From assembly GCA_045657425.1 (NCBI GenBank), contig JAZOTA010000004.1, forward strand, positions 13,908 through 77,907: a DNA stretch of 64,000 nucleotides, in the 5' to 3' direction. This document shows positions 36,531 through 45,026 of the stretch, piece after piece. Both the position numbers and the translations under genes were made by a program. The notes below the pieces were generated by a model, which was given only the letters and a program-made list of their open reading frames with translations, searched no databases and was not told the DNA's origin. This DNA comes from Eubacteriales bacterium. Its GTDB lineage: Bacteria > Bacillota > Clostridia > Oscillospirales > CAG-382. Each line of letters starts with the position of its first letter. Position 1 is the stretch's first letter.

Positions 36531-37195
36531 ATGAAATTTAAATATCTTTTGTTTGATCTCGACGGGACGTTGATAGATACCACCGAAGGTGTTTTAAAGT
36601 CTGCCCAAAATGCACTGAAAAGCTTTGGAATTTTCGTTGAAACCGAAAATCTAATGAACTTTTTTGGTCCGCCTTTACAGTATTCGTTTTCAACACTTTA
36701 CGGTCTGTCCGATGCAGATACCAATAAGGCAGTCGAAATTTATAACGAACGCTATAATAAATTCGGTATAGCGAATCACATATTTTCCCCGAGATCAAAG
36801 CACTTCTTCCTAAATTGAAAGAAGCCGGTTATATTCTCGGTGTTGCTACCTCAAAGCCGCAAGACCAAGCAATCGAAATGTTAAATTATCATTCCGTCTA
36901 CGATTATTTTGACTTTATATCCGGCGCAAGTGCAGACGGTAGCATTAGCAAAAAGGACGAGGTTATTAAGGAAGCATTAAGACACTTCAGAATCACCGAT
37001 GAGCTTGATAAGGTTCTTATGATCGGCGATATGAAATTTGATATTATAGGCGCAAAAAAATGCGGTATAGATTCTTTTGGAATCTATACCGGTACTGCTT
37101 GCACAGATGAGCTTGAAAACGAAGGCGCCAACTATGTAGCGTATAGTTTCGACGAGCTTGAAAACAAATTACTCGTTGATTTTTTGAACAATTAA
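36531..37195 (+). pseudogene. HAD-superfamily phosphatase (PGP/PpaX-like) interrupted by a -1 frameshift in a T4C4 run
   Basis: ORF 36531-36818 carries motif I (FDLDGTLIDT). The frame starting at 36761 carries the rest (GVATSK, GDMKFDI). The two frames join naturally around 36780-36791 (atattttcccc): ...NHIF|PEIKALLPKLKEAGY. Confidence 0.7.
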
Positions 37196-37698
37196 TCTTT
37201 GTTTTCTTGCAGTTCTTTTTTACTTAGGAATTTATCATTTCCAACATCGGTTATACGCGAAATAAACTCGGCATATTTTCGTTTTGTTGAACGTGTATTA
37301 TACAACAAAAGTATGCCAATGATAATAGATGCACCAAGCAAAACATTAACCGTTACCGGCGATTCTCCGCGATCGATAACAATATATCTAATATAAGCCA
37401 ACAATGCTATTATCAACGCAATTGCAATATAGTCAATAACAGATTTTGCAAAAATCCCGCTTATCTCGCTTCCCTTTTCGGTTTTTGCAATTTTGCCGTA
37501 AAAAACACAAGAAAACGGTTCACGCTTTGAACGTGCTCGGCGAACAAGCCGCACCTTATCGTCTTTACGTTTGGAAACGTAAATCAGATCCATAACGTCG
37601 TCAGAGCCCGCAAAACGCGCAGGCGATGTAAATTCATCCCAACGACTTGTCAATTCTTCTTTAGAAAAACAGCTGTTAAATTTATGCACAATTAACAC
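37192..37698 (-). CDS. Hypothetical two-TM membrane protein
   Basis: 168-aa ORF with a GTG start beside GAGGTG. Hydrophobic segments IDYIAIALIIALLAYIRYIVI and VNVLLGASIIIGILLLY. No recognisable family. Confidence 0.4.
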   Translation of the reverse strand: MLIVHKFNSCFSKEELTSRWDEFTSPARFAGSDDVMDLIYVSKRKDDKVRLVRRARSKREPFSCVFYGKIAKTEKGSEISGIFAKSVIDYIAIALIIALLAYIRYIVIDRGESPVTVNVLLGASIIIGILLLYNTRSTKRKYAEFISRITDVGNDKFLSKKELQENKD

Positions 37699-37777
37699 CT
37701 CTGAATTTTTATAGTTGAATTATAACACACGCACAAACGCAAGTCAATCGCATATTTTTCGGAAAGGGGGAGAATGT

Positions 37778-38605
37778 ATGCATCGATTAATCAAAGGAAT
37801 CAAGTACTTTGGACGCAAAATTTCTGCAAGCAGAATCAGCGCATATTCGGCACAAACCGCCTACTTTATGTTCCTCTCTCTCATTCCGCTTATAATGCTA
37901 CTGCTATCGTTATTGCAATTACTCGGTGATACAGGCGAAACGGTCACACAAACGATCAGCGAGGTTATGCCCGGTGTATTGGGCGAATTCATTAACGACT
38001 TTATAAACGAAATAATGTCCGACGGAAGGTTAACACTCACGATCGTCTCTGCAGCGTTGTTACTATGGTCGGCATCGCGCGGAGTCTTCTCGATAATCGG
38101 CGGTTTAAACTCGGTTTACGAGATAAAAGAAACAAGAAAATATCTTTGGGTGCGTTTTCTTTCAATAGTTTATACTCTGGCTTTTATAGTCATTGTTTGC
38201 GGTGTTCTGCTTATTATTGTCTTCGGTGACACGCTTATTAATCTTTCGAACTCTTTTTTCCCAAACCTAAAGGGATTGGTTTATATCATCGCTTCCCTTC
38301 GCTTCATTTTGGGATTCATAATATTGGTTTTGTTTTTCTCAATCATATACAAGAGTATGCCTTGCAAAAAGATGAAATTTGTCGACCAAATTCCGGGCGC
38401 CGTTATTTCGGGTGCAGGTTGGGTTTCGTTTTCGATTCTCTTCTCTTTCTACGTTGACAATTTCAGCAACTACGCTAACGTTTACGGCTCGTTGACCGCC
38501 ATTATCGTTTTAATGCTTTGGCTGTATACCTGTATGTATATAATGTTCATCGGTGCAGAAATCAACTGCATTCTGTCTTCAAAGGTCAACAATCAAAAGA
38601 AATAA
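37778..38605 (+). CDS. YihY/BrkB-family membrane protein
   Basis: SAYSAQTAYFMFLSLIPLIMLL and the ending YGSLTAIIVLMLWLYTCMYIMFIGAEIN are YihY hallmarks. Start at MHRLIKG (37778) after GGGGGAG. Confidence 0.75.
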   Translation: MHRLIKGIKYFGRKISASRISAYSAQTAYFMFLSLIPLIMLLLSLLQLLGDTGETVTQTISEVMPGVLGEFINDFINEIMSDGRLTLTIVSAALLLWSASRGVFSIIGGLNSVYEIKETRKYLWVRFLSIVYTLAFIVIVCGVLLIIVFGDTLINLSNSFFPNLKGLVYIIASLRFILGFIILVLFFSIIYKSMPCKKMKFVDQIPGAVISGAGWVSFSILFSFYVDNFSNYANVYGSLTAIIVLMLWLYTCMYIMFIGAEINCILSSKVNNQKK

Positions 38606-38656
38606 GACAACTGACGTTTTGACATTTACACTTTTATAAATTCAAGAGGATTAATT

Positions 38657-40069
38657 ATGATTTTTGCAGATTTGTTTTTTATGTTTGCATTCTTACCTTT
38701 ATGCTTTTTGTTCTACTTTATGTTCAAAAGCTTAAAGGCAAAAAACTGGGTACTTATCGTATTCTCGCTGGTCTTTTATGCGTGCGGTGAACCGATTAAG
38801 ATTTTGTTGTTTGTCAGCAGTGCGGCAATTAACTATTTCCTCGCATTATGGATGGACAAGGCGCGCGGAACCAAATATTGCAAAATGGCAATGTCACTTT
38901 CGCTCATCTACAACATAGGTATGCTTGGTTTATTTAAATACACCGATTTCATTATCGGAAACATAAACGGCATTTTCGGCTCTTCTATTCCGCTTCTCAA
39001 GCTCGCACTGCCTCTTGGCATTAGCTTCTACACATTCCAGATTATGTCCTATATGATCGACGTATATTGGGAAAAAGTTCCGGTTCAGAAGCATTTCAAC
39101 AAATTATTGTTATACATTTCCCTCTTCCCGCAATTGGTTGCAGGCCCGATCGTGCGTTACCAAACAATTGCCGATGAAATCGATAACCGTACAACCACTT
39201 TAAAAGACGTTATCGAAGGCGGCTTGCGTATCATCGTCGGTCTTTCCAAAAAGGTTCTTTTGGCTAACAATTTGAACCTGATTGTTGCAAAGTGCTTTGG
39301 CGAAAACGTTTCCGAGGCGTCAGTTGCCGCAACTTGGTTTGGCGTTATCGCTTATTCGATGCAGGTTTATTTCGACTTCTCCGGTTATTCGGATATGGCA
39401 ATCGGTATCGGCAGAATATTCGGCTTCCACTTTGACGAAAACTTCAAGCACCCCTTTATGTGCCGTTCTATTTCGGAATTCTGGCAAAGATGGCATATTT
39501 CGCTTGGCAGTTTCTTCCGCGACTACCTCTTGTATCTACCGATTTTTGGCAAAAGACGTGCAGTTTTGTCGTTGTTCCTCGTTTGGTTTACCACAGGTCT
39601 TTGGCACGGCGCAAGCTGGAACTATGTAATTTGGGGACTTTATTTCGGTGTATTCATCTTCATCGAAACGTTAATAGGCAAAAAGCGTCTTAAAAATGCG
39701 CCTACTGCATTAATGCACATATACAACAAGCTCGTAATACTTATCGGCTTCGGTATCTTCAAGTTTGAAAACTCAAGCGACCTTATCAACTTCTTCAAAA
39801 ATCTCGTAGGCGCTAACGGCAACATTCTGTATAACGATGACTTTTTCACGGTAGTTACTACCAACGTCTTTATATTCTCAATCGCGCTTATCGCTTGCTT
39901 CCCAATCATCCCTTATCTCAGAAAACGACTTGAAAACTCAAGCCCAATTGTTTATTCGATTGGCTTGATAACCGCAACTATTTTGGCGATTCTCCTCTTG
40001 TTTATCAACACAAGCGTTCTTGTCAAAACCTTCAGCAGTAACAATCCTTTCCTTTATTGGAACTTTTAG
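38657..40069 (+). CDS. MBOAT-family membrane O-acyltransferase (DltB/AlgI/PatA-like) ending in a DltX-like aromatic hexapeptide
   Basis: 470-aa polytopic protein. Catalytic-His context SEFWQRWHISLGSFFRDYLLY. The extreme C-terminus is PFLYWNF. Confidence 0.9.
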   Translation: MIFADLFFMFAFLPLCFLFYFMFKSLKAKNWVLIVFSLVFYACGEPIKILLFVSSAAINYFLALWMDKARGTKYCKMAMSLSLIYNIGMLGLFKYTDFIIGNINGIFGSSIPLLKLALPLGISFYTFQIMSYMIDVYWEKVPVQKHFNKLLLYISLFPQLVAGPIVRYQTIADEIDNRTTTLKDVIEGGLRIIVGLSKKVLLANNLNLIVAKCFGENVSEASVAATWFGVIAYSMQVYFDFSGYSDMAIGIGRIFGFHFDENFKHPFMCRSISEFWQRWHISLGSFFRDYLLYLPIFGKRRAVLSLFLVWFTTGLWHGASWNYVIWGLYFGVFIFIETLIGKKRLKNAPTALMHIYNKLVILIGFGIFKFENSSDLINFFKNLVGANGNILYNDDFFTVVTTNVFIFSIALIACFPIIPYLRKRLENSSPIVYSIGLITATILAILLLFINTSVLVKTFSSNNPFLYWNF

Positions 40070-40079
40070 GTGATAAAAT

Positions 40080-41501
40080 ATGAAAAATTTCACTATCAAA
40101 TTATGCGCTATTCTTTTAGCGCTGACACTTTTGTTCATGTTCGTCTTTTGCGTATTTCTTCCGCGCGAAACCGAATCCAACTACACAACATTAAAGGAAT
40201 GGCCCGAATTTTCCTTTGAAGATCTGTTTTCGGGCAAGTATTTTAAAGGCATCAGCGACTACTTTTCCGATACTATTTACGGTCGCGATACATTTGTAGA
40301 CTTTGAAACAAAGATCAACGGTCTTTACGGCTTGGAGGAAGAAGAAAAAATCATTACACTCAAGCCCGATGAATCCGTTCCCGACCAGGAACAGTCAGTT
40401 TCAGATGAAACATCTACCGAAACAGAAAGCTCGCAGATAGAAAGCAGTGATAGCTCCGATTATTCCTCGGAAGCACCCGAAAGCAGCTTTACCCCCGACG
40501 AATCCGAACCCGAAATCGAATCACAACCCGAAGAGTCGAAGCCCGAACAAGGCGGCGGACTTGCTGAAATTTCCGGTTCAATCCTTATTATCGGCAACCG
40601 TGCTATGGAAATTTACTACGGAAATCAAAATGGCGCGCTCCGTTACGCAAATATTCTGAACAATTTTGCCGAAAAGCTTGACCCCTCGGTTAACGTTTAC
40701 TCTATGGTAATTCCCAAATCAAGCGCTTATTATATCGGTCAAGCATCTCAACAAAAGTATCAAAAGCTTGCCGGCTGTAACAAGAACGATATCGATACCA
40801 TTTCCAACACACTTTCTGACAAGGTAATCGACGTAAACATTTACGACATTCTCGGTCGCCACGCAAATGAAGAGATCTACGCACGCACCGACCACCACTG
40901 GACCGCTTTGGGCGCATATTACGCATCCAGCGTTTTCGCTCAAAAAGCAGGTGTTGCGTTTGACGATATCTCAAACTTTGAAGAGGTAAGAAGACCCGGT
41001 TACCTCGGAACCTATTACTACGTATTTTCATCCAAAGACAACAACGCTGTACTTCAAAACAACCCGGAAGATTTTCTCTCGTTTATTCCCGATACCAAAT
41101 ATACCGTCGAATATTACTCGTCGAGCGGTTTTTCAAACGGCGCAATCAATGAAAGCAAACTTAGTGCACACAACGGCTTTTTCTTTGAAATTTCCGATAA
41201 AAAGATCGGCAGCTGGTATTCAACCTTCATTTTGGGTGATACCTATTGTGTTAAAGCAAAATCCGAAGAATGCAAAAACGGCAGAAAGCTTCTTATCATC
41301 AAGGATAGCTACGGCAACGCGCTCGCACCGTTTATGATTGAAGGATTCGAAGAAGTTTATGTTGTTGACGGCAGAAAATACGCCAAGAACTTAAAAGAAA
41401 CCATTAATGAATTCGGCATTACCGACGTCTTGTTTGCAGAAGTTACCTTCTCTGCAGTGGGCAAGGATTATTTAAACGCACTTGAGGAGATTTGTAAATA
41501 A
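40080..41501 (+). CDS. DHHW-family (AlgJ/AlgX/DltD-like SGNH) extracytoplasmic acyltransferase, N-terminal TM anchor
   Basis: TM LCAILLALTLLFMFVFCVFL, then a Ser/Glu/Pro-rich acidic linker. Motifs: YARTDHHWTALGAYYAS and IIKDSYGNALAPF. Confidence 0.8.
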   Translation: MKNFTIKLCAILLALTLLFMFVFCVFLPRETESNYTTLKEWPEFSFEDLFSGKYFKGISDYFSDTIYGRDTFVDFETKINGLYGLEEEEKIITLKPDESVPDQEQSVSDETSTETESSQIESSDSSDYSSEAPESSFTPDESEPEIESQPEESKPEQGGGLAEISGSILIIGNRAMEIYYGNQNGALRYANILNNFAEKLDPSVNVYSMVIPKSSAYYIGQASQQKYQKLAGCNKNDIDTISNTLSDKVIDVNIYDILGRHANEEIYARTDHHWTALGAYYASSVFAQKAGVAFDDISNFEEVRRPGYLGTYYYVFSSKDNNAVLQNNPEDFLSFIPDTKYTVEYYSSSGFSNGAINESKLSAHNGFFFEISDKKIGSWYSTFILGDTYCVKAKSEECKNGRKLLIIKDSYGNALAPFMIEGFEEVYVVDGRKYAKNLKETINEFGITDVLFAEVTFSAVGKDYLNALEEICK

Positions 41502-41503
41502 CC

Positions 41504-42928
41504 ATGAAAAAATTAGCACTTTTGCTTCTTCCTATTTTACTCTGTATAATTCTTATCGCTTGTGATACTGGGACCGAAAACGTTTCGAGTATTTCCGATA
41601 TTTCCGAAGCCGAAAGCTCAAACGGAAACGAATCAGACGTTTCGATAACCGAAACCTCGGAAGATAGCACAGGCACCGATAATAACAGTTCCGCAACCGA
41701 AGAGAGCTCCGAACCGACCGAAAGCAGCAATGTCGAACCTGCTACTATTCAAAAAGAGCTTGATGTTACTGTAACTGTTCACGGTACCACCGCCCTTGGA
41801 AATGCAGGCCTTTCGGTTAAATCCGGTTATTCAAAGAACCAAAAAATTACTGTTGAAGGTGAAAAAGACCTCATCGACTCTTTGGATGCTTCTAAAATCA
41901 GTGCCGAGATTGATGTATCCGGTACATCTACTATGGGAACCTTTGATTTTTTGATTATCTACAAAGTACCCGAAAACGTTAAAATCGTAAGCACCTCTGC
42001 AGAATATCTTTCTTTGGAAATTGTTAAAAAGCCCGAAGAAACCGTTACTCCGCCCAGCAATACTGCGTATATCACCAACGGCATAATAATCGCCGGTAAC
42101 AGAGGTATGGAGCAGTTCGGCGGCACTGTAGCAAGTGGCGAAAAGACTGCGCAAAAGCTTAATGAATTCAAAAAAGCAGTCGGCGCAGATATAAACGTTT
42201 ATATTATGGCTTGCCCTTCGGCAGGAGCCTTTTATGCACCCGAAAAATACCCTAACAACATCAAAAATCACATTAACTGCTTTAACGGCATCAAAGACAA
42301 TCTTGTAGACGTTAAATTTGTTGATACTTTAACTGCATTGGGCGCTCACACGGACGAATACATCTATCTCCGCACCGACTTCCACTGGAGCGGTTTGGGC
42401 GCTTATTATGCCGCAAAGGAACTTGCGAAGGTTGCAGGTACTCCTTTTGACGACATCTCTACTTATACCGAACACAGTGTTGACGGACTTAAAGGCAGTC
42501 TTGTTAGTTATGCACCCGTTCTGGCTAATTATCCCGACACCTTATATTGGTACGTTCCCAGCCGTCAGCATACAGTTACGTACTACAGTGCAACAAACTT
42601 TAAGAATCCCATTACCGGAAGAACCTTGTTTTCAAACAACAACGGATACTCAAAGTTCATCTACGGCGACTCGTATACCACTCACATTCAGTCTGACGTG
42701 AACAACGGAAGAAAACTCCTTATTTTCAAGGATAGCTACGGAAATGCGCTCGCACCTTACGTACTTTCCTCTTTTGAAGAAGTTTATATAGCAGATTACC
42801 GAAAATTCACTCTCAACGCACTCGAGTTCATTGAGGAACACGACATTACAGACGTTTGCTTTGCAATGTCCGCTTTTGCGACATCCGGCAGCAAACGCGA
42901 TTATATTACAAAACTTCTGAAATATTAA
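41504..42928 (+). CDS. Second DHHW-family acyltransferase: lipoprotein with an inserted YbbR-like domain (motif variant DFHW)
   Basis: Lipobox IILIAC and an acidic S/E linker. YbbR-like segment ITVEGEKDLIDSLDASKISAEIDVSG. Motifs: YLRTDFHWSGLGAYYAA and IFKDSYGNALAPY. Confidence 0.75.
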   Translation: MKKLALLLLPILLCIILIACDTGTENVSSISDISEAESSNGNESDVSITETSEDSTGTDNNSSATEESSEPTESSNVEPATIQKELDVTVTVHGTTALGNAGLSVKSGYSKNQKITVEGEKDLIDSLDASKISAEIDVSGTSTMGTFDFLIIYKVPENVKIVSTSAEYLSLEIVKKPEETVTPPSNTAYITNGIIIAGNRGMEQFGGTVASGEKTAQKLNEFKKAVGADINVYIMACPSAGAFYAPEKYPNNIKNHINCFNGIKDNLVDVKFVDTLTALGAHTDEYIYLRTDFHWSGLGAYYAAKELAKVAGTPFDDISTYTEHSVDGLKGSLVSYAPVLANYPDTLYWYVPSRQHTVTYYSATNFKNPITGRTLFSNNNGYSKFIYGDSYTTHIQSDVNNGRKLLIFKDSYGNALAPYVLSSFEEVYIADYRKFTLNALEFIEEHDITDVCFAMSAFATSGSKRDYITKLLKY

Positions 42929-42938
42929 GGAGAATATT

Positions 42939-44726
42939 ATGCCTGTAACTGCATATCCCTTTGATATTGATGCGCTTACCGACCATCGCAAAAGAACAAG
43001 ACGTGAGCTTATAAACGATGGCAGCAAACGCATAAAAAAGAAAATTGCCGTTTTAGGCGGATCCACAACCAACGATTTTATCAAGACCTTGGAGGTGTTT
43101 TTGCTTTCCGAAGGTATTGAGCCTGAATTTTACGAATCCGAATATAACCGTTTCTGGCAGGATGCGATGTTCGAAAATCCCGAGCTTTCGGAGTTTGCTC
43201 CGGACATCATCTATGTTCACACAAGCTATAGAAATATTGCTTCGTTTTTACCCGAAACGACCGATTCTGCCGAAGAAATTGAGTCCAAGATTAACGAGCG
43301 ATATTCCTATTACGAAAAAATGTGGAACCGCTTGGCAAGCGTATATTCCTGCCCGATAATTCAAAACAATTTCGAGCTTCCGCCTTACCGCCTTTTCGGT
43401 AACCGCGATTGCTATGATATTCACGGTGCAGTCAACTTTATAACCCGTTTGAATTTGCGTTTTGCTGAATATGCTCAGCAAAACCAGGGCTTTTACATTT
43501 GCGATATCAATTATATTGCTTCCTGCTTCGGTCTTGACAAATGGTTTGATGACCAAGCGTGGTATATGTATAAATATGCCTGCTCGCTTGATGCAGTTCC
43601 TTACGTCACAAAGAACCTTTCAAATATTATCAAATCTATCTTTGGCAAAAATAAAAAGGTTTTAGCGCTCGACCTCGACAACACCCTTTGGGGCGGCGTC
43701 GTTGGCGATGACGGAGTTGAAGGAATTGAAATCGGCGAAGAAACTGCCACCTCGGAATGTTACAAAGCATTTCAGGAATACGTTAAAAAACAAAAAAGCA
43801 TCGGTATTATGTTGACTGTTGCTTCGAAAAACGACCACGAAAACGCAATCGCAGGCCTTAATCACCCCGAGGGTGTGCTTCGCCCCGATGACTTTATCGT
43901 CATTAAAGCAAATTGGGAAACCAAGGACAGAAACCTTGTTGCAACAGCGAGCGAAATGGACCTCGGCATCGATTCCTTCGTCTTTGCGGACGATAACCCC
44001 ACCGAGCGCGCGCTTGTTGAACGCAGCATTAAAGGCATCGCTATTCCTGTATTCGACGTGCCCGCCGATTATATTCGCACCATCGACAGAAACGGATATT
44101 TCGAGGTTACCAACTTTTCCGCAGACGACTTGAAGCGTAACGATATGTATAAGGCAAACGTCAAGCGCGCTGAGCTTTCAACAGAGTTTGCGGACTACAC
44201 CGAATATCTGTTGAGCTTGGATATGAGAGGCGAAATCAAACCGTTTTCTCCCGTTTTTATGCAACGCATTACCCAATTGACCAACAAATCCAACCAGTTT
44301 AACCTTACAACTAAACGTTACACTCAACCCGAAATCGAATCGGTCGCAAACGACGGCAAGCACATTACCCTTTATGGTAAGCTTTCCGACACCTTTGGTG
44401 ATAACGGCGTTGTTTCGGTTGTTATTGGTCAAATCAAGGACAATATTTGCGATATAGACCTTTGGCTTATGAGCTGCCGTGTTCTTAAAAAGAATATGGA
44501 ATATGCAATGCTTGATACTCTTGTAAAAGAGTGCAAAGATAGGTCTATTGACACGATAATAGGTCACTACTACCCCACCGCAAAGAACGGAATGGTCAAA
44601 AACCTCTTTAATGATTTCGGTTTCGAAAAAACATTTGAAGGCGAAGACGGCACGACCGAATGGAAGCTTTCGCTTACCGATTATCAAAACAAAAACAACG
44701 TAATTAAAGTTAATCTGGAGGAATAA
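42939..44726 (+). CDS. FkbH-like HAD-IIIC family protein (predicted acyl/glyceryl loader for the adjacent ACP)
   Basis: HAD motif I in KVLALDLDNTLWGGVVGDDGVEGIEIG. The C-terminal GNAT-like part carries the FkbH-type cysteine motif DLWLMSCRVLKKNME. Confidence 0.8.
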   Translation: MPVTAYPFDIDALTDHRKRTRRELINDGSKRIKKKIAVLGGSTTNDFIKTLEVFLLSEGIEPEFYESEYNRFWQDAMFENPELSEFAPDIIYVHTSYRNIASFLPETTDSAEEIESKINERYSYYEKMWNRLASVYSCPIIQNNFELPPYRLFGNRDCYDIHGAVNFITRLNLRFAEYAQQNQGFYICDINYIASCFGLDKWFDDQAWYMYKYACSLDAVPYVTKNLSNIIKSIFGKNKKVLALDLDNTLWGGVVGDDGVEGIEIGEETATSECYKAFQEYVKKQKSIGIMLTVASKNDHENAIAGLNHPEGVLRPDDFIVIKANWETKDRNLVATASEMDLGIDSFVFADDNPTERALVERSIKGIAIPVFDVPADYIRTIDRNGYFEVTNFSADDLKRNDMYKANVKRAELSTEFADYTEYLLSLDMRGEIKPFSPVFMQRITQLTNKSNQFNLTTKRYTQPEIESVANDGKHITLYGKLSDTFGDNGVVSVVIGQIKDNICDIDLWLMSCRVLKKNMEYAMLDTLVKECKDRSIDTIIGHYYPTAKNGMVKNLFNDFGFEKTFEGEDGTTEWKLSLTDYQNKNNVIKVNLEE

Positions 44727-44729
44727 ATT

Positions 44730-44966
44730 ATGGCACAAAATATTAACGAAAGACTTAACGAAGTATTCCAAAACGTTTTTGATGACGAAGACATCACCGT
44801 TGATCGCGAAACTACCGCTGACGATATTGAAGATTGGGACAGTCTTGAGCACATTCGTCTTATCGCGGCTGTTGAACGTGAATTCGGTATGAAATTCACC
44901 ATGAAAGAAGTCAGCGCAATGAAAAACGTTGGCGAAATGATGGACATCATCGCTGAAAGAGCATAA
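44730..44966 (+). CDS. Acyl carrier protein (discrete, DltC-like role predicted)
   Basis: 78 aa and acidic, with phosphopantetheine-attachment context DIEDWDSLEHIRLIAAVEREFG. Starts 3 nt after the FkbH-like stop. Confidence 0.85.
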   Translation: MAQNINERLNEVFQNVFDDEDITVDRETTADDIEDWDSLEHIRLIAAVEREFGMKFTMKEVSAMKNVGEMMDIIAERA

Positions 44967-44988
44967 CCAAAACCGATAAACAATAACT

Positions 44989-45026
44989 AAAGAGGAATTG
45001 TTCATATACGAGCAATTCCTCTTTTT
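44989..45026 (+). terminator. Rho-independent terminator closing the MBOAT-ACP operon
   Basis: aaagaggaattg-(12 nt loop)-caattcctcttt followed by tt. Confidence 0.8.

Noticed and set aside
36815-37195. Independent 126-aa gene starting with TTG at 36815
   Set aside because: It lacks HAD motif I and an RBS. The frame is open upstream to 36761 and joins seamlessly to the preceding ORF, so it is called as one frameshifted HAD gene.
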